Shown here: positions 37,887 to 45,871 of the stretch, in pieces
How positions within the stretch are numbered: the stretch's first letter is position 1
How the letters are laid out: each line of letters opens with the position of its first letter
From: a candidate division FCPU426 bacterium
GTDB lineage: Bacteria; Oederibacteriota; Muellerivitia; Muellerivitales; Muellerivitaceae
NCBI GenBank assembly: GCA_963738405.1
Contig: CAVTWJ010000001.1
Span: 160,001-224,000, forward strand
Length of the DNA stretch: 64,000 nucleotides
Reading direction: 5' to 3'
Notes under the pieces: model-generated
Told to the model about the DNA's origin: nothing
Database searches by the model: none
Seen by the model: the letters and a program-made list of their open reading frames with translations, nothing else
Made by a program: the position numbers and the translations under genes

Positions 37887-40800
37887 GTGAAAAGTATAAG
37901 CGAACTTTTAGACAGCCTTTCGGCCAAACAAACCGATACCACCCTAAACCCGACGGGGGTTGTTAACCCTTCTGGAAATGGGGCTGGATCGAATAACAAT
38001 TCTTTTGGCCAGGTTATCGCCAAAATTTCAAACCAGCAACAAAACGCCAACAATAACAATCCAGTTCCGTTGACTGCGAATCATTCTGCGACAACGCCGG
38101 TTGTGTCGCCTTCTGCTGTAACTCCTGCAACCTCGACCGCCCAAACGCCTTCTCTCTTAACGGGTTCGACAGGGGCCAACCAAGCCGCCCAAGACACACT
38201 TCTTGTTATCGAAAAACTTCAAGGCGTCAAACCCCAAGATGTGGCTGCGATTGAAAAAGCTTTTTTTGCCATGGCTTCGGGTTTGGCCAATCTTCTTTCT
38301 CAGGCTCAACAGCTAACGGGTGAAAATTCTAGTCAGCTTCAAGCCCAATTGGTCGCCAATTCGGGGGGGCAAATTACTCCCGCCGAAGCATCCCAATTGG
38401 TTTCGGCGGTTCAAACTTTCGTGCAAAACCTTCCTCAGGGACAAAACCCGCTTGATTTGAATAAACAGGACCAAAACCAGCTTGTGGGCCAAATGCTTCA
38501 ACAAATGCTTCAGAATCAACAGGTTGCCTTTGCGCTTGCGCCGCAGGCCGCTACTCAGGGGGACAATCAATCTGTTAACACGACTTCATCCATATCCTCG
38601 ATTGCGCAATCAAATGTTCTTTCTAATGTCACTTTGCGGTTTATGTTTGCTGATGGACAAATCAGCCAAACCTCTGCGACGGGGAATCAGAACAGCGGGG
38701 TTCAAGTTAATTTCCAAAGCGCCGGGGTGCAGGTTCTAACTCAAACTTTTAACACACAAAACTCTTTAGGGAGTATTGGTTCGGATTCCCTCCCGCAGGC
38801 ATCGCTTCATTCAAACCAGCCTATTTTAAACAGAACGGTCAATTTTCAACCGATTTCGCAGGATACGGTGAATTCAATATTGAATACCCTGTCCCAATTA
38901 GGAGCGCAACAAACTACCAATCTTCCAGTTACCATTGTTAATCCCACTGTTTTAGGTCAAGGGCAACAAAACGCTGCCAATGGCCAGAATCTCCAGGCTC
39001 TCTTTAAGGTGTTGCTACAAGCCGGTGCTGGTCCGGTCATGCTTCAATCATCCATGGCACAGCAGGGAACCACCGCAAATAATCCTAATTCGCAGGCAAC
39101 AACCCAAACTGGAAATCTTTTCACGCAATTTTCTGAAACCATTACCGGGTCTATCCAATCCGTTTCGGTCCAGCCAATTGCGAGCGCTCAAAACACCGAA
39201 AATCCAACCATCAATCAGAATTCTTTCCCTTCGGCTCTGATTTCGCAAAACGCCGGTAATACTCCTGTCAATTTAAAACCGATACCCCAAACAAGCACAC
39301 AACCCACAGGTAACATCTCCAACAATTCCAACCTCTTACCTCAGAACGGCGCCCAAACCCCCGAAAACCTTGCGGTTAGTCCTAAGGCTGTTACTTCGAC
39401 ACAGGGAAACAATCAAACCCTCCAACCGCAAAATCAAACCGCGGCCAATGCTCCTAATGTGGGTAATGCCCAATCCTTCTGGTCGTCAGTTAATTTTCGA
39501 CGGATTAACGATCTGGTGCTTCGATTTACCAATTTCATCGGCCAATCCAATACAGCGGTTGCGGTTCAATCTGCGGCGGGTCAGGGTCCCGCTCCCGTAG
39601 CCATTGCCAATACCCCTAGCGCTATTACCGCTCAGGTTGGCTCTTCCGTCGGCCCCCAGGCATCTCCCATCGCTATAGCCCAATTGCCAAATGGGGATCA
39701 GCAAGAAATCGTCAACAATGTTTTGACGCCGAATACCATTCAAATTCAGCCAATTCCGATACCCAATGCTCCTGTTACCACAACAACTCGGATTCAAACA
39801 CAAGATCAAATCCATTTGTCCCAATCTCAACTGTCTCAACAAGACGCTTCAGTGTTGAACCAAAATCAAACCCCCATTTCTCCATTGGCCTCCAATCCCA
39901 TTCAATCTGAATCAAACCAAAACTCGCAAAATTCAACTCAAACGCAAGTGATAAGTTCTGTTTCTCCCTTAATTCCAACGAACACCACGGTTAACAGCGC
40001 AACACCCTTAAATAATAACCCGGCTGTGGTTACTTCTTTTGGAACCTCGAATTCCGTTGCGTCTTCCGCCAATATTAATCCCGCACCGCCTTCCGCTGTT
40101 TCGGGGCCTCCTGTGCTTCCTGGAACACAGGTTGTCACGCTTTCTCAGCCAGTCCCACAATCCAATTCGACCCAACCCTCGCAAGGTGGTTCGATAGCTC
40201 TGACATCAAATGCCCTAAATCAAGCACAGGATCCGGGTCTTTCGACACCGCCGGTATCCTTGGCACAAAATCTGTCCGGCTCCGTCGCAGCAGTTAACCT
40301 ATTTGCCCAAGGAATTCCGCAAAATCAGTCGAATCACACTCAAACTCCAATAACCGCTAATCCGGTTCAGCCCTCCGGAACTATTTCAACGGCTACACCT
40401 CAGGCAGTGTCGGCAGTAACAAATGTGGGTGCTTCGGAGAACCTGAAGCCTATCGGAGCACAAGAAAAGAGCCCTCTAACCGACCTTATGTCTTCCCAAA
40501 ACCAGCCAGCTTTAGCCTCTAATGGCGTGGTTTATACCCTTGGGAAAAATGGGGAACTTCAATCGATAAATCCAGCGGGTAATCAGGTGCCGGTCAACGT
40601 TCAAGACCTGATTCGTCAGATTTCAAATCAAATTTCTGGAAAAACGGGTGATTTGAAAGCTACTTCTACCATCAGTTTTCAATTGTCGCCTGAAAACTTG
40701 GGAAGAATGACGATCCAGGTTTCCATGGCCGATCAATCGGTTTCGGCGAGAATTCTCGTGACAAACTCGGATGTCCGGGACGCCCTTCAACAGCATTTAG

Positions 40801-41033
40801 TGGATCTTAAAACTTCACTGAGCCAGTCAGGGTTGCAAATTGACCAGCTTCAGGTTCAAGTGCAGGGCGGCGGGGCCAGCCTTTTGGCCCAGTATTATCA
40901 GTACCAACAGGAAGGTTATGGGGCCAGCCTACCCTTTATGGGGGATACCAGTTCTACCGAGATCGCAGGCGAAAATGAGGCCAATTTGGCCCCGCTTTCG
41001 CTTAGGAAATCCCTTGTAAATCTGCTGGCTTAA
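37887..41033 (+). CDS. fliK: Hook-length control protein FliK (1048 aa)
   Basis: Long Q/N/S/T/P-rich low-complexity region; C-terminal FQLSPENLGRMTIQV...LKTSLSQSGLQI; upstream of flgD. Confidence 0.9.
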   Translation: MKSISELLDSLSAKQTDTTLNPTGVVNPSGNGAGSNNNSFGQVIAKISNQQQNANNNNPVPLTANHSATTPVVSPSAVTPATSTAQTPSLLTGSTGANQAAQDTLLVIEKLQGVKPQDVAAIEKAFFAMASGLANLLSQAQQLTGENSSQLQAQLVANSGGQITPAEASQLVSAVQTFVQNLPQGQNPLDLNKQDQNQLVGQMLQQMLQNQQVAFALAPQAATQGDNQSVNTTSSISSIAQSNVLSNVTLRFMFADGQISQTSATGNQNSGVQVNFQSAGVQVLTQTFNTQNSLGSIGSDSLPQASLHSNQPILNRTVNFQPISQDTVNSILNTLSQLGAQQTTNLPVTIVNPTVLGQGQQNAANGQNLQALFKVLLQAGAGPVMLQSSMAQQGTTANNPNSQATTQTGNLFTQFSETITGSIQSVSVQPIASAQNTENPTINQNSFPSALISQNAGNTPVNLKPIPQTSTQPTGNISNNSNLLPQNGAQTPENLAVSPKAVTSTQGNNQTLQPQNQTAANAPNVGNAQSFWSSVNFRRINDLVLRFTNFIGQSNTAVAVQSAAGQGPAPVAIANTPSAITAQVGSSVGPQASPIAIAQLPNGDQQEIVNNVLTPNTIQIQPIPIPNAPVTTTTRIQTQDQIHLSQSQLSQQDASVLNQNQTPISPLASNPIQSESNQNSQNSTQTQVISSVSPLIPTNTTVNSATPLNNNPAVVTSFGTSNSVASSANINPAPPSAVSGPPVLPGTQVVTLSQPVPQSNSTQPSQGGSIALTSNALNQAQDPGLSTPPVSLAQNLSGSVAAVNLFAQGIPQNQSNHTQTPITANPVQPSGTISTATPQAVSAVTNVGASENLKPIGAQEKSPLTDLMSSQNQPALASNGVVYTLGKNGELQSINPAGNQVPVNVQDLIRQISNQISGKTGDLKATSTISFQLSPENLGRMTIQVSMADQSVSARILVTNSDVRDALQQHLVDLKTSLSQSGLQIDQLQVQVQGGGASLLAQYYQYQQEGYGASLPFMGDTSSTEIAGENEANLAPLSLRKSLVNLLA

Positions 41034-41055
41034 TACGTTTTTAGCGGGTAAGGGC

Positions 41056-41082
41056 TCAAGTTTTTCGGCATAATGCCGTTAG
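41056..41082 (+). promoter_or_regulatory. Sigma28-type promoter of flgD-TIGR02530-flgE
   Basis: TCAA-N15-GCCGTTAG; shares GCTCAAGTTTT and GCCGTTAG with the flgM promoter. Confidence 0.72.
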
Positions 41083-41109
41083 AAATTGTAAGAAAGAGGG
41101 GTGATTTTC

Positions 41110-41526
41110 ATGATTTCAGGAGTTAGCGGAAACTCGAACAACAACTCCATTTCGAGTGCGTTGTCAAGCGCTACCGGTAGTAATCAATTCGTGTCAGAAA
41201 ACACTTTTTTAACTCTTCTGATTACGCAGTTGAAGAATCAGGATCCGATGAATCCCCAGGACAGCAGTCAGTTCGTGGCTCAGTTGGCGTCATTTTCTTC
41301 GTTGGAACAAATGACGGCAATCAATACCTCGATGCAGAATGTTTTGGATAATTCGTCGACCAGTTTGATCGGTCAACACGTGTCGTTGCTCGATGCGTCG
41401 GGAAGTTTGGTTCAAGGTACGGTGACCGGCATTGTTTATTACGCCAATACGCCGGCGGTTCAGGTCAACGGGCAGAACTATCCCTTGTCGGATATTCAAA
41501 ACGTTGGGAATATTGTAGGTCAGTAA
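41110..41526 (+). CDS. flgD: Hook capping protein FlgD
   Basis: FLTLLITQLKNQDPMNP...FVAQLASFSSLEQM. Confidence 0.96.
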   Translation: MISGVSGNSNNNSISSALSSATGSNQFVSENTFLTLLITQLKNQDPMNPQDSSQFVAQLASFSSLEQMTAINTSMQNVLDNSSTSLIGQHVSLLDASGSLVQGTVTGIVYYANTPAVQVNGQNYPLSDIQNVGNIVGQ

Positions 41527-41585
41527 CGATTGAGTTTTTAGTTTGGCCCGGTAGCTTAGGGCTTTTGAAAGGCAGGTGAGGACAA

Positions 41586-41996
41586 GTGGTTCAGCAAGTT
41601 AACTTTAATGACTTGGTTTTTAAGCCGGTGGATGACGTCCAAAGCAAAGGCCAGTTGCAGCAGATTCAGCAACAGGCGAATAAAGCTGCGGAAGCCGTTC
41701 AGCCTTTTGACGCCGTGTTTCAATCGGCGGTTGATAAAACCCAATCGTTGAAGTTTTCGGCCCACGCCAAGGAAAGGCTGGCTTTGCGTAATATCAATCT
41801 TTCCCAGGATGACATGACCCGTATGAACGCTGCAGTGGATAAGGCGGCTTCCAAGGGGGCGCGTCAATCTCTTCTGGTGATGGAACACCAGGCTTTTATC
41901 GTGAGTGTGCCGAACCGCACCGTGATTACCGCGATGGATGGCGGAAGCATGAAAGAGAACGTCTTCACCAACATTGATAGCGCGGTGATTGTTTAG
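41586..41996 (+). CDS. TIGR02530-family flagellar operon protein
   Basis: LKFSAHAKERLALRNI...AASKGA...IVSVPNRTVITAM...NVFTNIDSAVIV; between flgD and flgE. Confidence 0.9.
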   Translation: MVQQVNFNDLVFKPVDDVQSKGQLQQIQQQANKAAEAVQPFDAVFQSAVDKTQSLKFSAHAKERLALRNINLSQDDMTRMNAAVDKAASKGARQSLLVMEHQAFIVSVPNRTVITAMDGGSMKENVFTNIDSAVIV

Positions 41997-42013
41997 TTTA
42001 AGTAGGGTAGCAA

Positions 42014-42065
42014 CGGGCTGGACCTCCTAGAGGAAGCCCGAAATTCGGCGGGCCTAATGCCTGCC
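42014..42065 (+). ncRNA. Candidate cis-regulatory structured RNA in the flgE leader (two hairpins)
   Basis: CGGGCT-GGA-CCTC-CTA-GAGG-A-AGCCCG then GGCGGGC-CTAAT-GCCTGCC; just upstream of RBS AAGGAG. Confidence 0.6.
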
Positions 42066-42084
42066 AACTTTAAGGAGATCGATC

Positions 42085-44121
42085 ATGGGTTTAAGAGATA
42101 TGTTCAGCGCCATTTCCGGGCTTCAAGCCAACAGCACTTGGCTGGATGTGATCGGAAATAACATCGCCAACACCAACACGGTGGCTTACAAATCGAGCCG
42201 GGTTGAGTTCGCGGATCAATTCAGCCAGACCCTTTACGCCGGCACCGGGGACAATACCGGCAGCGGATTGGGCGGCGTCAACCCCGAGCAGATCGGGTTG
42301 GGAACCAGGGTTGCTTCCATCCAGACCATCTGGACGGAAGGGGCTCTTCAGCAAACCGGTGTTTCCACCGACGTGGCCATCAACGGCAATGGCTTTTTGG
42401 TGACGAAAAACGACAACAGCACCTTTTACACCCGCGCCGGCAACCTGACCTTTGACAGCCAAGGCAACTTGGTTGACCAAAACGGGGGATTGATTCAGGG
42501 CTTTACGGCCACGGTTCAATATACGCAAACCGAAATCAATTCGACCAACGGAAACGCGGTAAATCCCACTCCGTTGGAAGTCACCTACGCCGATTTGAAG
42601 GTTCAGAACACGAACCTGTCGGCGGCTACGAACATTCAAATCAATCCGAATTTCGTGGAGCCCGCCAAGGCGACTTCGCAGTTGAATTTTGTTGGTAACC
42701 TAGACTCTTTCCAACAGGCCAATGTGCTCAATATCGGCGCGGATACCGCTGCGGAACCGGCTACATTGCCAATTGGAATGCTAGGCGGTGGCGGTGTTGC
42801 GGCGGATTGGAATTTAAATAAGGTGGCACTCTCGGGATACGCGCCTCTTGGGGCGGCTGGAACCGGAACCCAAACCGTTCTGAACCAAGTGAACGATTAC
42901 GCCACGGGTGTAGATCCGAACAATCCGGGACATACGACTCCCCTGATCGTTGGCGGGGCTGTATCTTTGGCTGCCATTCAAAATCCAGCAAATCCGCTGA
43001 CAGAAAGTTTCGCATGGAATCAGCAGCCTCCAGTCACCCCGGCGTTGACTTCAACCCAGACGGTTTATGATTCGACGGGGGTACCCCATACCATTACAAC
43101 CCAGTTTTACCAGGTAAATGATTTGGGAACCGCGAATCCTCCAATCAATCCCTCACCTGAGAATCAGGTGGCCTATGCCTGGTATTCTTTCGACACCACC
43201 GGTGGGGCAGCCGTCAGTACGGCGAATCTGCTTGGCGGGTCAGGCATTGTTGAAGGGCCGGACCCCGTTGCTGGAACTGCGGGTTATAACCGAGGGCAAG
43301 CGGGAACATCCTATTGGGGAGATTTGATCTATTTCAATACGGATGGATCCTTGGCTTCAATGGGTGGTGTTGAAGTAACTGCAGGCGCCAATGTGATTCA
43401 ATCCGCAGCCCATGTTTATCTACCGGCAATCCAACCGCCAGCCGTCGCTCCTGGGCCGGTCGGTCAATTAACTCCGGTTTCACCGATTCCAACCCTTGGT
43501 GCTGAAATCATGGATATCACCATGGATTTTGGAACCGCAGGTTACACACAGGGCCCGACCGAAGCTCCGGTTGCGACTGCGGCTGCTAACACGGCTGGAG
43601 CTGCTCTTCCCGCCGGCTCGCCCGCACCTGGAACGATTCTTGATGCCAAACGCGACGGCTTTTTCAGCGATGCGGAAGGCACCTATCAGATCATCAATGG
43701 CGTCAATACATACGTGGCCAACAGCCATTCTACTACCAGCCAAAATGGTTACGCTGATGGGGTACTGCAGAACCTATCATTCGATCAAACCGGCACTATT
43801 CAAGGCCAGTTTAGCAACGGGCAAACCACGGCACTCGGCCAAGTTTTGATGGCCAGCGTCGAGAACGTAAATGGATTGTCCAAGGTGGGAAGCAATTATT
43901 ATTCAGCTTCACCCAACGCCGGGGCTCAAACTTTAGGTTTGGCGGGTAAAAACGGTATGGGTACTATCCAAGGCGGTTACTTGGAAGCGTCCAACGTCGA
44001 TTTGACCACTGAACTTTCCAACATGATCATCGCGCAGAGGGGATTTGATGTGAATTCCCGCGTGATCTCGGTTGAAAACGCAAACTTGCAGGTTCTGACT
44101 CAGTTGGGTCAAGGCGGCTGA
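42085..44121 (+). CDS. flgE: Flagellar hook protein FlgE (678 aa, with insertions)
   Basis: SAISGL..DVIGNNIANTNTVAYK, YTRAGN, GNLDS, VYDSTG, LEASNVDLTTELSNMIIAQRGF. Confidence 0.96.
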   Translation: MGLRDMFSAISGLQANSTWLDVIGNNIANTNTVAYKSSRVEFADQFSQTLYAGTGDNTGSGLGGVNPEQIGLGTRVASIQTIWTEGALQQTGVSTDVAINGNGFLVTKNDNSTFYTRAGNLTFDSQGNLVDQNGGLIQGFTATVQYTQTEINSTNGNAVNPTPLEVTYADLKVQNTNLSAATNIQINPNFVEPAKATSQLNFVGNLDSFQQANVLNIGADTAAEPATLPIGMLGGGGVAADWNLNKVALSGYAPLGAAGTGTQTVLNQVNDYATGVDPNNPGHTTPLIVGGAVSLAAIQNPANPLTESFAWNQQPPVTPALTSTQTVYDSTGVPHTITTQFYQVNDLGTANPPINPSPENQVAYAWYSFDTTGGAAVSTANLLGGSGIVEGPDPVAGTAGYNRGQAGTSYWGDLIYFNTDGSLASMGGVEVTAGANVIQSAAHVYLPAIQPPAVAPGPVGQLTPVSPIPTLGAEIMDITMDFGTAGYTQGPTEAPVATAAANTAGAALPAGSPAPGTILDAKRDGFFSDAEGTYQIINGVNTYVANSHSTTSQNGYADGVLQNLSFDQTGTIQGQFSNGQTTALGQVLMASVENVNGLSKVGSNYYSASPNAGAQTLGLAGKNGMGTIQGGYLEASNVDLTTELSNMIIAQRGFDVNSRVISVENANLQVLTQLGQGG

Positions 44122-44169
44122 TGATTAGGTTGATGTAAGAACCGCTTCAATGCGGTCTATTAGGATTCC

Positions 44170-44205
44170 CGGCGCCCTTCTTAACGGGGGGCGCCGTTTA
44201 TTTTT
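44170..44205 (+). terminator. Rho-independent terminator after flgE
   Basis: CGGCGCCCTTC-TTAAC-GGGGGGCGCCG followed by TTTATTTTT. Confidence 0.85.
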
Positions 44206-44332
44206 GGGTCCTGAAAATCATGAAGAGTACTTTTGTAATGAACACGGTGGCATGATGTTTTTTACGATGGATTTTTGTGAGGTCGAGATTTTGTCTAAGA
44301 AATCGTGGGTCAAATGGGTTTGAGAGGTTTTT

Positions 44333-45406
44333 TTGAATAAAATTTTTCCTAAATACGAAATAGTCCTTGGATTGGTAGTTTTTATTATTTTAAGCCAGGG
44401 CTGTTCAAAAAAAAGTCCTACAGGACCTAATGCTAACGTTTGGTCCGAAACTACGGCACATGCGGCTTGGTCTCCACGTTATGGAATGGGCGGGGCGGTG
44501 TTTAACAATGAAATGTGGATCGTTGGTGGCGCGGAGGGCGTAGCTGGATCTGTTACGAATTATTATGGCGGTGTTTTCAATTCGAGTAATGGAAGTCAGT
44601 GGACTCAAAAAGTCGGCGATAGCAATACCGGAGGCTTTGGAGAAAGATATTCACCAGGTGTATTGTCATTCAATAATTTATTGTGGGTGATTGGTGGAAA
44701 CCAGAATGGGACTCTAAAAAACGACGTTTGGTCCTCACTCGATGGCGTTAATTGGTCCCTTGTCACGGCCAATGGGGGATTTACCCCCCGGGAAGATTTC
44801 ATTTCGATAGTCTATAACGGCGCAATGTATGTCATCGGCGGTTGGGATGGTGGACCTGATTCAGATATATGGGTTTCTAACAATGCGGGAAACGTTTGGA
44901 CAAAAGTGGTACCCGTGGTTAATACAGCGGCAATCCCAGGTTTTACCTGGGGTTTCCGGGGGCGTTGGGGTTCGGCCGCCACGGTTTTTAATGGATTGAT
45001 TTGGATATTTGAGGGAGATAATGGAAATCCGAATATAGGCTCGCTTTCCGGAACCGCCGATGACGACGAATGGACATTTGATGGTGCCAATTTAACGCTG
45101 GTCAATGATGTCAGTTTCACTGGGAATGGTTCATCTCCCATGGTTTACCACCAGTTAACCGCAAATAATGGATTGTTATGGCTAACCCCTGGAAGCGTGC
45201 CGGGGGGAAGTACTTACTATGGATATTACACTTCCTCCGACGGCGTTAATTGGGCGGCGCAGAGTTGGTACTACCAACCTCGGTGTGGCCATACGGCACT
45301 TTCATTCAATAATCAGGATTGGATCATGGGGGGATACAACAATCAGTGCTTGCAGGTCAATAATTGCGCCATAACTTACTACAATGATGTTTGGCATTCC
45401 CAATGA
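44333..45406 (+). CDS. Lipoprotein with Kelch-like/Asp-box beta-propeller
   Basis: Lipobox-like LSQGC; six repeats (WIVGG, WVIGG, YVIGG, WIFEG, WLTPG, WIMGG); SxDGxNW Asp-boxes. Confidence 0.8.
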   Translation: MNKIFPKYEIVLGLVVFIILSQGCSKKSPTGPNANVWSETTAHAAWSPRYGMGGAVFNNEMWIVGGAEGVAGSVTNYYGGVFNSSNGSQWTQKVGDSNTGGFGERYSPGVLSFNNLLWVIGGNQNGTLKNDVWSSLDGVNWSLVTANGGFTPREDFISIVYNGAMYVIGGWDGGPDSDIWVSNNAGNVWTKVVPVVNTAAIPGFTWGFRGRWGSAATVFNGLIWIFEGDNGNPNIGSLSGTADDDEWTFDGANLTLVNDVSFTGNGSSPMVYHQLTANNGLLWLTPGSVPGGSTYYGYYTSSDGVNWAAQSWYYQPRCGHTALSFNNQDWIMGGYNNQCLQVNNCAITYYNDVWHSQ

Positions 45407-45430
45407 TGGCTCTATGCCGCCGGACAACCC

Positions 45431-45625
45431 ATGATTAAAGTGACCCGTCTCAACGGACAGGAAGTTTACGTTAATTCGGACCTTATTTTGTTTGTGGAAA
45501 AATCTCCTGAAACCATTTTAACCCTGCAAAACGGGAAAAAGGTCACGATCAAAGAGACCATTCCGGATGTGATCGATAGGGTGGTTCAGTTCAAATCGAG
45601 ATGTTTTCCTAAAACTGAAAGCTAA
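45431..45625 (+). CDS. flbD: Flagellar FlbD/SwrD family protein
   Basis: MIKVTRLNG..VYVNSDLI..VE..PETILTLQNGKK..IKE. Confidence 0.92.
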   Translation: MIKVTRLNGQEVYVNSDLILFVEKSPETILTLQNGKKVTIKETIPDVIDRVVQFKSRCFPKTES

Positions 45626-45674
45626 ATCAGTTCTACGTTTACTCCAAATTTTCCAAATTTAACGTTTGAAATAG

Positions 45675-45703
45675 TTGCGTGATGCCAAAAGTAGGAAGAT
45701 AAT
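45675..45703 (+). promoter_or_regulatory. Putative sigma70-type promoter of the CTD protein-PorV-like operon
   Basis: TTGCGT-N17-GATAAT. Confidence 0.45.
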
Positions 45704-45871
45704 ATAAAAAAACGCGGGCAAAACAGCCGAAGTTGGGCTTGAAACGGTAACAGCGATTATTTAAAGAAGGTCCAAAAGCCGTAAACTTGGTGTTAAATCA
45801 GGTGAATTTTTTGTAAAACCCAAGGGCGAAGCCGCCAAAGATTTGATCTTTCACCATGGGAGTTTTGAATA

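Noticed and set aside
42085..42660. GC-richer 5' part of flgE as a recombined mosaic
   Set aside because: Spot counts vary widely along the gene and can be explained by amino-acid content and expression-linked codon bias.
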